A DNA stretch of 64,000 nt from Macrostomum lignano (GCA_002269645.1 NIVC01002621.1:62001-126000); one strand, 5' to 3'; numbered from the stretch's first letter, positions 35,001-46,792 are shown. A program made the numbers and translations. The notes: generated by a model not told the origin, from the letters alone.

Positions 35001-38000
35001 AGTGTTTGGGGTGGGTTATTTGTCTGGTGAGGGTTTGCGTACTCTGTGTACATTGTTGCTCATTCTCTATTCCATCGTGCATGCCTTATCTCTGTCACCC
35101 ACCCCAATGCTATGCTGCGATGCTTATTAAATGTGTTTCTGATCTGAGGTTGACTTCAATAAACTTCTGTCACAACTTGAGTGCTAAAGCTATTGACTTT
35201 CACTTGGCGTCGCAAGCAGGATTGCGCATGCCTGCATACGGCCATAATGTCTATTAAGATACGAGATCAACTGCCTCTGGAAAATGTGGACGAACTGCAA
35301 GCCTGGGTAGAAGTGTTCGACGCTCAGGCGAGGTCCAAAGGAGTCAGAGACGAGGAGAACAACCTCGGCTTGACAGACGCATTTCTAGGATCGCTGGGCG
35401 TAAGTCAACTTATGAAGGTCAAACAGCTGGTGGCTCCAAAGAAGATCGCAGGAATGCGGTGGGAGAACATCAAGAAAAGTCTTTTCAAGTATCTGGAGCC
35501 CAAGAAGAGACTTCTGATAGCCGAGAGGACAGCATTCATGGCCATGAGACAAGTCGTAACTGTGGCCGGCTTCACTGCTAGATTGCGAGAACAGGCCATG
35601 GTTTGCGAGTTCGAGAAGTTCAAGGAAGAGCGGGCAGACCCGGCTGAGCAGCTCATTAAGATGCGCCTCATCGCTGGCCTAGTCAGCCAGGACACGAGAA
35701 ACAAGGTTCTGGAGCGTGAGATGACGCAAGAGCTGACTGTAGATCAGATCACTGAGTTTGTTCAGCAGCTGCAACTAGTCAACGACTTCACGACACCAAC
35801 CTCGGCAGCTCAGAACATCGGAGCATCAACTGAGCCAGCTGTGCATCAGGCAGTGTCACAAGAGCTGGAGCAGCAATCGGCTCACACTGTTCACCAGTTC
35901 AAGGGCAAGTGTGGAAGATGCGGCTTGGCTCAGCATCGTAACGTGTCTGAATGTCGGGCCTTGAAAGCGGTTTGCCACAAGTGCGAAAAGCAGGGGCAGG
36001 GCATGCCGCGGCATGCCGCTTTGCCAGGGCATGCCGCGGCACCGCCAAGGCGCACTTCACGGAGCCCAAAGCCAACTCAGATGAAGCTGTGTTTTTCTGC
36101 ACTGAAGACAAGCCAGCTGACTTCTGCTTTGTGAAGATCAACGGTAAGCAGGTGAAAATGGAGAGGAACAGCGGCACCTCCTGCTCATTGATCTCCAAGA
36201 AAATCTGGATCGACCTTGGACGTCCAGCACTCAAGAAGCCGAAGTCACGCATGCTGTCATATGATGGTCACGTGATGAGACAGCTTGGCCTCCTACAGTG
36301 CCTGGTGGAGACTGAAGGCGACAACGGGAGATTTGCGACAATGGAACTCCCGGTGATAGACTGTCACCAGCACTTCGGTCTCCTGGGCCGGAATCTGCTA
36401 AGCAGCCGGCAGATGCACCATTCGGAGGAGGTGAGCAACAAATATCTGAAGTTGGCTGGAATCAAGGGCGCGGTTGCAGAGATCCGACTCAAGTCCAGCG
36501 CCGAGCCAGTGTTCCAACCGGCCCGTAAGCTTCCAATGGCATTAAAACCGCTGGTGAAGAAGGAACTCGACCTGATGGAGGCGGCTGGAATTGTTGAGAA
36601 AGTGAGCTCATCGGAGTGGGGCAGCCCGATCGTAGTCACCGCCAAGCCTGGCCGGGAGACCGTGAGGATCTGCGGCGACTACACCGCCGTCAATCAGCTG
36701 ATTCAAGGCCAGACGTATCTCACAACCTCCATAGAGACGGCCTTTTCGAAGGTTGCCAACAAAAAGTTCTTCTGTCACCTGGATCTGTCAGACGCCTACT
36801 ACCAGATTCTCCTGGATGAGCAGTCCAAGGCGGTCACCACCATCAACACCCCATTCGGCTGCTACCGCTTCAACAGCCTGCCCTACGGTATCAAGGTGTC
36901 ACCATCAGTCTTTCAGCGTGAGATCAGTGAGCATCCGAGTGTTATTACTTATCAAGATGATGTGCTGATTGGTGGGAGTTCTACGCTAGAGCTACAGCAG
37001 ATCAGGGAAGGTGTCTTGAAAAGACTGCGAGAGGCCATTGTCAAAATTAACGAGTCAAAGTGCGTTATGGAGGCTAGCAGCCTGAAGTTTCTTGGGCATG
37101 TTATCGATGCAGAAGGCATCAAACCAGACCCAGGGATGGTTGAGAGAGTGCTACAGGTAGCCAGCCCCAAGAGTAAAAAGGACCTAGGGAAGTTTCTAGG
37201 ACCCGCTCAGTTCTACGGCAGACTGATTCCCAACTTCTCCGAGCGCTGCCGAGTATTGCATGAGCTGAGGAGGAGCGATTCGATTGGAGTCCGGCAGCCG
37301 AGGCTGCCTCGGCCGAAGTAAAAGCATGTCTCGCCTCCAGGCCGTGTGTCAAGCCATATGACATCAATGCGCCAGTCTGCCTTCGAGTTGATGCTAGTGA
37401 AAAATCTGTAGGCGCTGTTCTGACTCAAGCAGGTCACCCGGTGATGTACCTATCGAGGATGCTCACCTCCGCGGAGTCCAACTACTCTAACATTGAAAGG
37501 GAAGCGCTAGTCATAGTCTGGGCAGTTGAGCGAGCGAAAATGTTGATCGGGAAAAAATCCATCCTGCAAACGGACCATGAACCTTTGAGATTTATTTTCA
37601 TCCCGAGCAAAAGCCTGTCAAAAACAGCTTCAGCTAGGCTGACTAGATGGGCCTTGAGACTGTCTGCATTCGACTACTCTGTGGAATACATTCCAGGAAA
37701 GCAGCTACTGGACGCTGATGCTTTGTCAAGGCTCAACTACACTGCAGAAGTTGATGAGGACACGGTGCATCAAGCGGATTCAGTGCTGAGCGCAGATGAC
37801 TCGGCAGGAGCTCCGGGAAGCCACCCTGAACTGCTTGCTCGGTGCTGAAGAGACTGCAACAGAGAATCCGAACCGGGCGTTGGGGTCAGGTTTCCCAGGT
37901 TGAGCGACCCTTTAAAGCCTGTAGAACTTCCCTGTCGACTGATAACGGCTTGGTGATCCATGGAACTCGAGTGGTACCTCCAGCAGTGCTTCGTCGGAGG

Positions 38001-40626
38001 ATTCTGGAAGCGGCTCATGATGAAGTGCATCCTAGCTTTGAGAGCACTAAGGCTCACATCTGCAAGGAATTCTGGTGGCCTGGATTGGATCGAGATGTGC
38101 GACAGTATGTGGAGAGATGCCGGACATGCGCTGAGTCTCGCCCGCTGTCTAATCGCAAAATCGACATATGGCCACCGGAGACAACTCCATGGAGTCGCGT
38201 CCACATGGACCACTGCGAAGTCTCGGCGTCGGCCTGCTGCTGCTACTGTCGGACACTTACTCAGGTTACTCATGATTAGATATGAAACCTCTAGATGACT
38301 TAAATACGCCACCTCTGGATGATTAGATATGAAAACTCTAGATGATTTAGATACGCCACCTCTGGATGATTAGATATGAAACCTCTAGATGATTTAGATA
38401 CGCCACCTCTAATAATTAGATAAGAAACTTCTAGATGATTTAGATACGCCACCTCTAGATGATTAGATATGAAAACTCTAGATGATTTAGATATGCCACC
38501 TCTGGATGATTAGATATGAAACCTCTAGATGATTTAGATACGCCACCTCTAATAATTAGATAAGAAACTTCTAGATGATTTAGATACGCCACCTCTGGAT
38601 GATTAGATATGAAAACTCTAGATGATTTAGATACGCCACCTCTGGATGATTAGATATGAAAACTCTAGATGATTTAGATACGCCACCTCTGGATGATTAG
38701 ATATGAAAACTCTAGATGATTTAGATACGCCACATCTAATGATTAGATAAGAAACTTCTAGATGATTTAGATACGCCACATCTAATGATTAGATAAGAAA
38801 CTTCTAGATGATTTAGATACGCCACCTCTGGATGATTAGATATGAAAACTCTAGATGATTTAGATACGCCACCTCTAATAATTATATAAGAAACTTCTAG
38901 ATGATTTAGATACGCCACCTCTGGATGATTAGATATGAAAACTCTAGATGATTTAGATACGCCACATCTAATGATTAGATATGAAAACTCTAGATGATTT
39001 AGATACGCCACCTCTGGATGATTAGATATGAAAACTCTAGATTATTTAGATACGCCACCTCTGGATGATTAGATATGAAACCTCTAGATGATTTAGATAC
39101 GCCACCTCTAATAATTAGATAAGAAACTTCTAGATGATTTAGATACGCCACCTCTGGATGATTAGATATGAAAACTCTAGATGATTTAGATACGCCACCT
39201 CTGGATGATTAGATATGAAACCTCTAGATGATTTAGATACGCCACCTCTAATAATTAGATAAGAAACTTCTAGATGATTTAGATACGCCACCTCTGGATG
39301 ATTAGATATGAAAACTCTAGATGATTTAGATACGCCACCTCTGGATGATTAGATATGAAAACTCTAGATGATTTAGATACGCTACATCTAATGATTAGAT
39401 ATGAAACCTCTAGATGATTTAGATACGCCACCTCTGGATGATTAGATATGAAAACTCTAGATGATTTAGATACGCCACATCTAATGATTAGATATGAAAC
39501 CTCTAGATGATTTGCAGATTTAGATACGACACTAATGGATGAAAACTCACCTGAGTGATGAGCAGAAAAGCGTCAATGCTCTTGTCACGAGCGAATGTGC
39601 TGACAATGTGCTGCCGGTCAGCCACCTGTGTTACCCGGCCGTCCAGTCTAGACAGCCGATGGCCGCGCTCCTCCAGAATTCGCTCGGCAATGTCCAGCAT
39701 CTTGCGCGACTGCGAGAACACCAGAGTCCGATGTCCCTCGGCCTTCAGCCGGGCCATTAGTTTGGCCAAGAAAGCCATCTTGCCGCTCTCTTCCGTCAGC
39801 ATGGACACTGGCAGATGGATAGCGGCCCGGCTATTATCCAGCATGTTCTCGGCGCGGCTCAGGCCCAGATCCTGGCACTGGTTGGCCGACAGCAGGCGAG
39901 GATGATCGCAAATCTTCTTCAGCACAGTCAGCTCCACTAAAGGCGACCGGCGATTGCTATTCACTAGCAGGGCCTTGACCTGGTCCAGCTGGAGAAAGTC
40001 GCGGTAGATATTGAGCTGAGTCTGAGACATGAACAGCCAGACAACTACGTCGTTCTTTCTAGTCAGGGAGGGCATTGCCGGCCCGGCCGAGGGCTTCTGG
40101 CCCTGCTGCTTGGTGCTGGCCTGGATCTGGTGCTTGGTACGGCGTAGGAAGTACGGCTCGATGCGGGCCTTCAGGCTCTGCGCCATCTGGTCTCCGTAGC
40201 GACGCTCGGACGCTGTGGCGTCCTTCTCCCTGGACCGAATGATTGGCCGCTCGTACTCGGTTTTGAAGGTCTTCTGCGTGCCCAGCAGGGTGCCGTGGTG
40301 GGCGAAGTCGAATAGAGCCCACATCTCCATGAGGTTGTTTTGCACTGCTGTGCCAGTGAGGAGCAGTCTGTGCTTGGCGTCGATGGCAAAAACACCCTGT
40401 GGAAGGCAAATCAGGGAGCTTGTTGTTCTTTTTTAAGCAGTGGTATATAGGCAGTAGTCAGTGTGGGAAATGAAGACGCGAAAAAGGAAATAAAAAATGT
40501 GACCTTGAAAGACAAAATAAAATAAATTGTTTTAAACAAATCAATTCACATATTCAAGATATACACTTAGGTGCAAGAAAACTTATTTAAAATTATCCAC
40601 AACGACAGACAGACAGACACTAAGAA

Positions 40627-40659
<33 letters not shown>

Positions 40660-40670
40660 CTAAGACACTT

Positions 40671-40703
<33 letters not shown>

Positions 40704-40713
40704 CTAAGACACT

Positions 40714-40767
<54 letters not shown>

Positions 40768-42200
40768 CTAAAACAGACAGACAGACCTTGGATGTCTTTC
40801 GGCTAGAATTCTTGATCTTGTGGCCCTCGTCCAGAATAACATAGTCCCAAACGAAGGTGCGGTTATTCTGGTCGCAGGCCAGACTCTGCCAGGAGGACAC
40901 CACCATGCCGTAGGTGGTGATGAGCACGCCGGAGCGCCGCTGCACCCTGGACAGATCGTACTCCATCTGGCGCTTAGTCTGGCCGTGGTACAAGTACACA
41001 GGCAAGTTGCGGGCCCATTTGTCGAACTCCTGGCGCCAGGTCATGATGACCGACACGGGCATGATTAGCAGAACGGAGCGAATCTCGTTTTGATCGAAAA
41101 GGCCGCGCAGGAATGCGATGGTCTGGATGGTCTTGCCTGCGGGTGGCGCGGGCCGATATTTATGGCAAGTGTAAGGGTGACAGTGGGTGCGGTGTCAGGG
41201 CGATTCTAGGCGATGTATTTAGTGGCGTTTTGAGGTTGACGTTTAGGGATATTAAAGGGTGATGTTGGGAATATTAAAGGGTGATGTTGGGGACATTAAA
41301 GGGTGATGTTGGGGATATTAAAGGGTGATGGTGGCGGACATTAAAGGGTGATGTTGGGGACATTAAAGGGTGATGGTGGCGGACATTAAAGGGTGATGCT
41401 GGGGATATTGAAGGGTGATTTTAAAGGGGGCTACATGCTTATCGTGAAACAAAATAGTGATAGAGTTCACACGCAATCAGTAAGAGAGGGGCGATTATTG
41501 CAGAGCACTCACCCAGTCCCATATCGTCGGCCAGGATGCCGCCCTTGCCGGCTTTGTGCAGGCCGTACAGCCAGGAGATGCCGGCTCGCTGGTGATCGTA
41601 CAGCTTATCAAAGAGCGGCCGGCACAGCGAGAATCCCGGGCACACCTCGGCCAACTTGCTGCTGCCGCCGCCGACATCGCGGTGTCCGGCTTCGCTGTTG
41701 TTGGACAGAGCCAGCGGCGACTTAGAGATGTGCGACCGCGGCGGCGACCTCCTTCGCGGCGGCAGCTGATGCTTGGACCGGCGCCAGTTGTCGCGATCGT
41801 CCTGTTCGTCATCGTCGTCCTCGTCGACAATTCGCGGCCGCGGCTTCGGCTTAGCGAATGTCGGCTTCAGGCGAGGCGGCTCTACAAAGTCAACGTCGTC
41901 GGCGTCGACTTCGCTGCAATTCTCGTCGGCGCCGCCGGCTTCTTCGTCGCTGCCGGCATTGCCTTCTTCAGCATCGCTGCCGTCCTTGGCATCTTCGAGG
42001 AATTCCTTCAGGCGCGAGATTCTGTTGAGCAGCGACTCGCTGGGATTGATGGCGTAGGCAGCCTGGAGGCTGGTCAGAGACGCTAAGAAGTCGTTGGCAT
42101 TAAACTGCTGCCTTGCCTGCTTCACTAGCAGACGGGCGGCGCTCTGCGGCGATGCGGAGCCGGCGCCTGCTGAGTCAAAGTCCTTTTGGCTGGCGGACAT
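32072..42200 (-). CDS. ERCC6L: ERCC6L/PICH SNF2-family DNA translocase, 6 exons, 1351 aa predicted
   Basis: Exons 41513-42200, 40787-41136, 39551-40396, 34550-34797, 33556-34072, 32072-33478, all GT-AG and phase-compatible (4056 nt). Motifs [80 protein letters not shown], and the PICH-type [14 protein letters not shown]...[20 protein letters not shown]; N-terminal TPR-like segment. Confidence 0.92.
32995..33305 (-). repeat. Coding 15-bp minisatellite encoding ([10 protein letters not shown])n in ERCC6L exon 6 (copy 26481-26791)
   Basis: GGCACTGGCTGTTGC repeated about 20 times, in frame in the 470-aa minus ORF. Confidence 0.93.
34165..34500 (+). repeat. About 23-bp minisatellite in ERCC6L intron 4 (copy 27650-27985)
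   Basis: ATATTGATCGATAATGCTAAGAA-type units. Confidence 0.9.
34950..38262 (+). mobile_element. Decayed Ty3/Gypsy (Mag-like) LTR retrotransposon in ERCC6L intron 3, antisense to the gene, 3'-truncated
   Basis: 5' LTR TGTTGG...TTTCA (34950-35202) with AATAAA; 18-nt PBS TGGCGTCGCAAGCAGGAT (35205-35222, tRNA-Ser-type pattern); gag from ATG 35247 with CCHC knuckles; degenerate protease (ERNSGTS); RT RICGDY...YQDD; RNase H; integrase HHCC; several frameshifts; no 3' LTR. Confidence 0.92.
38272..39530 (+). repeat. 47-bp dimeric minisatellite (two related 23/24-bp halves), about 27 units, ERCC6L intron 3
   Basis: GATGATTAGATATGAAAACTCTA + GATGATTTAGATACGCCACCTCTG; a degenerate remnant also flanks the LTR at about 34890-34949. 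Confidence 0.95.
40604..40786 (+). repeat. (GACA)n microsatellite, ERCC6L intron 2, abutting the donor site
   Basis: Direct reading. Confidence 0.95.
41265..41420 (+). repeat. 22-bp G-rich minisatellite, ERCC6L intron 1
   Basis: GGGGACATTAAAGGGTGATGTT, about 7 units. Confidence 0.9.
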
Positions 42201-42294
42201 TGCGCTGTGCTGACTGACCGATTTAACTAAGCTGCAAGATGCAAATAATGCTGGTGTGAGCCCGGTTCGGGGCTTGATACTGGAAATCACATGC

Positions 42295-43345
42295 GGAGTT
42301 GCCAGCCTCAGGGGAGTCAGGGTGTTCTGTTGCCAGTCTCAGAGGGAGTCAGGGTGTTCTGTTGCCAGTCTCAGAGGAGTCAGGTGTGCTGTTGCCAGTG
42401 TCAGAGGGAGTCAGGGTGTTCTGTTGCCAGTCTCAGAGGAGTCAGGGTGTGCTGTTGCCAGTCTCAGAGGGAGTCAGGGTGTGCTGTTGCCAGTCTCAGA
42501 GGGAGTCAGGGTGTGCTGTTGCCAGTGTCAGAGGGAGTCAGGGTGTTCTGTTGCCAGTCTCAGAGGGAGTCAGGGTGTGCTGTTGCCAGTCTCAGAGGAG
42601 TCAGGGTGTGCTGTTGCCAGTCTCAGAGGGAGTCAGGGTGTGCTGTTGCCAGTGTCAGAGGGAGTCAGGGTGTTCTGTTGCCAGTCTCAGAGGGAGTCAG
42701 GGTGTGCTGTTGCCAGTCTCAGGGGAGTCAGGTGTGCTGTTGCCAGTCTTAGGGGAGTCAGGTGTGCTGTTGCCAGTATCAGAGGGAGTCAGGGTGTTCT
42801 GTTGCCAGTCTCAGAGGAGTCAGGGTGTGCTGTTGCCAGTCTCAGAGTGAGTCAGGGTGTGCTGTTGCCAGTGTCAGAGGGAGTCAGGGTGTTCTGTTGC
42901 CAGTCTCAGAGGGAGTCAGGGTGTGCTGTTGCCAGTCTCAGAGTGAGTCAGGGTGTGCTGTTGCCAGTGTCAGAGGGAGTCAGGGTGTTCTGTTGCCAGT
43001 CTCAGAGGGAGTCAGGGTGTGCTGTTGCCAGTCTCAGAGGGAGTCAGGGTGTGCTGTTGCCAGTCTCAGAGGGAGTCAGGGTGTGGTGTTGCCAGTCTCA
43101 GAGGAAGTCAGGGTGTGCTGTTGCCAGTCTCAGAGGGAGTCAGGGTGTGCTGTTGCCAGTCTCAGAGTGAGTCAGAGTATGCTGTTGCCAGTCTCAGAGG
43201 GAGTCAGGGTGTGCTGTTGTCAGTCTCAGAAGGAGTCAGGGTGTGCTGTTGCCAGTCTCAGAGAGAGTCAGGGTGTGCTGTTGTCAGTCTCAGAGGGAGT
43301 CAGGGTGTGCTGTTGCGAGTCTCAGAGGAGTCAGGGTGTGGTCTG
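42295..43345 (+). repeat. About 32-bp minisatellite filling the NTPCR-ERCC6L intergenic space
   Basis: GGGAGTCAGGGTGTGCTGTTGCCAGTCTCAGA, about 33 units. Confidence 0.96.
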
Positions 43346-43431
43346 AGAACCGTAGAGATAACAGTTAAACACAAAAAGGCTAAGCTAAAAAAAGAAAAAA
43401 GAAACTAAAAAATCCAAGCGTTCAGTGTGAA

Positions 43432-43437
43432 TTTATT
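43432..43437 (-). terminator. Polyadenylation signal AATAAA of NTPCR
   Basis: TTTATT on plus, about 75 nt beyond the stop codon. Confidence 0.55.
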
Positions 43438-43512
43438 GTTGCCTCATAAGTTTATCTAATATTAATCATAGCTAGGGTTTCTATTGGACACAAGTTTACG
43501 CATGACAACATT

Positions 43513-44689
43513 CTAAGAAACAGCAGATTCCAATGCTTTCAACGCAGAATCTGGCGCTTCATCGCGCGACTCGCGACTCAACGAGTACGTGAAAAATTTA
43601 TTGTCTGCCCGTAGCCGACTAATTAACGGGTCCTCCCGCGACCCCTTAGCAACTGGCAGGCTCACTAGCAACCGATAGGGTGGTGTCAGAGCCGGATTAA
43701 CCAGGTGTTCGACAAGCCGCTTAAACTGACTGCCGAATAACTCCATCTTGCCAACTTCGTCAATGACAACTAGCAGCGGTGGCCCGGTATCGGCCCGATC
43801 CGGCTGCTGCAGTCTGGCCAGGGCTGGCGACAGAGCGGCCTCGGCGGCGGCTTCAAAGGCGGCAGTGTTGACTAGATAGGCAGAGACGCGAGGCGGCGGC
43901 GGCTGTCCGAACCGGATAAAGTCAGCGAACGGTCTGCAGTGTGGATGAAGGGAGACTGGGAGTGCAGTTACTAGATGCATTAGTAACTACTTTTTAAGTA
44001 CCACTGCTTTGTATTCCATTTTACTAGGGATTTTTTCTATTAACAGACTTTATAGCCAAACACCGAGAGCCCTCAGAAGGACTGGGGAAAGGGGTTGCCG
44101 CCTACTGAAGGACTGGGGAAAGGGTTGCCGCCTACTGAAGGACTGGGGAATGGGTTGCCGCCTATTGAAGGACTGGGGATGGGGTTGCCGCCTATGTAAG
44201 GACTGGGGAAAGGGTTGCCGCCTACTGAGGGACTTGGTAAGGGGTTGCCACTTCGTGAAAGAGTAGCGGATAATGGAATATCAGCAGTTCAACTCTAGCC
44301 TGGAAGCCTTAAAGTCTTAAACAGATAAATTTTAAAAAAATCATTCTGAAGCCACTCACTCGGTCCTTGCTAGCGTGGCGCGGCGGCCATCGACAATGGA
44401 CACCACATCGAAACCGATCCGTCTGCCGCTGGACCGGACCTCCTCTGTGTAGAAGCCAGCAGCTGGGCGACCGCGACTGCGCCAGAGCTCAGCCAATCGA
44501 CGAGTGGCCGTTGTCTTGCCTACACCTGCATTGGTGATTAGATAACAGGCCCAGGTTGTGGGCGGATGCTGAGAGCATGATCAAGTCAGTTAGTAATGAG
44601 CCAATTAAGCAGTAAAACTTTTACCTACCAGGTGGCCCAGTGAAGATGATGTGCTTTGCACTTGCACTAGGTTTAGAGGCAGCAGCCAT
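43513..44689 (-). CDS. NTPCR: Nucleoside-triphosphatase, cancer-related (THEP1/NTPase_1), 3 exons, 215 aa
   Basis: Exons 44629-44689, 44360-44525, 43513-43933; HIIFTGPPGVGKTT (Walker A), GFYTEEVRSSGRRIGFDVV, VVIDEVGKMELF; GT-AG and phase-compatible. Confidence 0.94.
44075..44250 (+). repeat. 30-bp G-rich minisatellite, NTPCR intron 2
   Basis: AAGGACTGGGGAAAGGGTTGCCGCCTACTG, about 6 units. Confidence 0.9.
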
Positions 44690-45059
44690 ACCACAAGTCA
44701 TATGCTAGATATTTAGCCTGGAAATTCAAGTTAGGTACAGGTACTCAGGTAATTTCAGTCAATTTAACCAAATCGAGTTATTAAGTTAGGATTTGATGTT
44801 CTAATGCTAACGTTTTTGCCATGGTGTAAGACCAAGGTGAGCGGCCAAGATGGCCACAGGAAAATGACAGCTAGTTTACTTTTTGGATAGCTTGGGTGGG
44901 TAGATTTGGAGTTCCAAGACAGGGGTTTTTAGGCAGGCAGTGAGTGCTGAAAATGGTTACGGGCCCTCATTTCCTACTTATAGTATTATTTTATTAAATA
45001 AATGTCTTCATCATATAAAACCAACTATGTCCGGTAATGCTGAAGATGATTAAATAAAG

Positions 45060-45105
45060 TCTGCGCAATAGCTCCGGCTCAGCTGTCGGTTGCACATCTG
45101 CTCAT
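45060..45105 (+). mobile_element. 3' fragment of the same SINE
   Basis: GCGCAATAGCTCCGGCTCAGCTGTCGGTTGCACATCTGC matches the SINE 3' region. Confidence 0.6.
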
Positions 45106-45439
45106 TAAGGCAGGCGTAAATTACAAGTATTACTGTTATCCCTATTATGCTATCAGATGTGATTTATGAGCTATATACATAGCCCGTGTATTAAGATGCA
45201 GAAATACAAGACCACCTGTGCGTATGCGCTTGCAAAACAGGCCTCCTAATAAACAATTTCAGAGCAGGGCAATCTATTCATTGTTACATTTAAGTGTTGT
45301 CAAGCCGTTGGTATCTAGAAATAAAAAGGAATGTGGAGAATGGGTAGCAACTGATACAATTGATAAGTTTTTCATAACTGATTTCCATTGCAATTGAGAT
45401 CACATATTCAGTTGTTAGAGTTGAATAGTTAAACACAAA

Positions 45440-46328
45440 AGGTTGGTGGGGTTTGCCTTGACATCTTAGAAATCCCCCCTTAATCCTTTACATCTCAGTT
45501 ATTTTCATGAGCCTTGATAACATAGTAATTCTCCTCAAAAGTCACGGCACAGTTTTACATGATGCTTCTTTTATTTTTGACATGATGCTTCTCTTGATTT
45601 TTACATGACACTTCTTCTATGTCTGACATGACGCTTCTTTTATTATTCCATGACACTTCTATGATTTTTACATGACACTTCCATGATTTTTACATGACAC
45701 TTTTTTAAAAAGTATTTTTATTTTTTTGTTAAAAAGCTTTAATTAAAAAATTCTATTCTATGAATATTTGAACCATCGTTGCTGCATTTAGCAGTTCAGT
45801 CTGTTTACCTTTAGGTTGGCTCTTATTGTTTTGATAGCATGAAATTTAGCACCTATATAATTCAATACCTTAAACTCCAAGTATAGAGTAAATCACACAA
45901 AGCAGTTATGACAATCAATTTCTCAGTCAGTCAGTATCAGTTAACAATATATGTTTACACAATCTACGAGTAAATCAAGTCTGGTGCTACACTTCCATAT
46001 TGCATTTTCAATTTAAGTCGGAATTACAATTTAGTTATAATGCAATCTATTTCAGAATCAGAATTCAACCAGTCAGTTTTTTCTCTAGCATTCTTACAAT
46101 GCATTTCAAGTTGAAAAGTTTGCTTGTCCTTTGCTAAAAAGCATGTTTTTTTATATTTAATCCTTTTAGCATTGTGCAATTTCTTAGCCAAGACACATGT
46201 ACTGTGACAGGAAAATTTCTGATCAAACAGTACAAGTCTCATGAAAATCGGTTAAGCTGTTTTTCTCTAATCTATCACATATATATTTATATATATATAT
46301 ATAGACATTACATTTTTAGTATATAGGA
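45440..46328 (-). mobile_element. Diverged inverted copy of the Helitron-like element (5' part)
   Basis: Minus strand begins TCCTATATACTAAAAATG (46328) like 8433; homologous to 8433-9050; carries only about 7 decayed satellite units (45555-45705); 3' end not found. Confidence 0.75.
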
Positions 46329-46693
46329 GAATTATAAAAATATCTAGGAGAAGATATGTATTAAACCTAGCTAGTCAACTGGTTGATCAGTCTATTCAGC
46401 TTTAGATATAAGATAAATACAAATTGAATTTATAAACTATTACTATAATAATCAATATACTTGAAATAACATTAATAAAAGAGTATAATTATTTTACCAT
46501 TTAACAAAATAGAACCTTATAGGTTTATTAAATAGCTTTAGACCTATTATTCTTAATTTTAATACTATCAAAAATATTAACTTAGGCCCAATAATACTTA
46601 TTACTTACCATGTCTAAAGTTAAGAATATATACATGCTAGAAATTTCTAAGATATAAATTTGGCATATATGTTAGTATTCTTAATTCTTAGTA

Positions 46694-46792
46694 GTCTTAA
46701 TTTATTTGCACCACGGTGCAGATAAATGCCGCTACCTCCTCGTGGTGAGAGCGGAGAGCCGCGCTTAACTGCTGCGGCGGCCAAATGCGGCA
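46694..46792 (+). ncRNA. HDV-like self-cleaving ribozyme candidate at the LINE 5' end
   Basis: P3/L3 ACC-TCCTCGT-GGT (46734-46746); P1.1 CC/GG (GG at 46753-46754); P2 TGCCGC/GCGGCA (46727-46732 / 46787-46792); P4 GCCGC/GCGGC; J4/2 CAAA from C46782; imperfect P1 G-TCTT / GAGAGC; 12-bp hairpin in J1/2. Confidence 0.7.

Larger units (their letters stand above)
23530..36559. repeat. Near-identical 6515-bp tandem segmental duplication (23530-30044 and 30045-36559)
   Basis: All ORFs recur at offset 6514-6515; junction GTGAAG|GCTTTGCC at 30044/30045; only four differences found by eye. Confidence 0.96.

Noticed and set aside
42256-43408. Cys-rich ORFs up to 304 aa between NTPCR and ERCC6L
   Set aside because: Translations of the 32-bp minisatellite in all frames.
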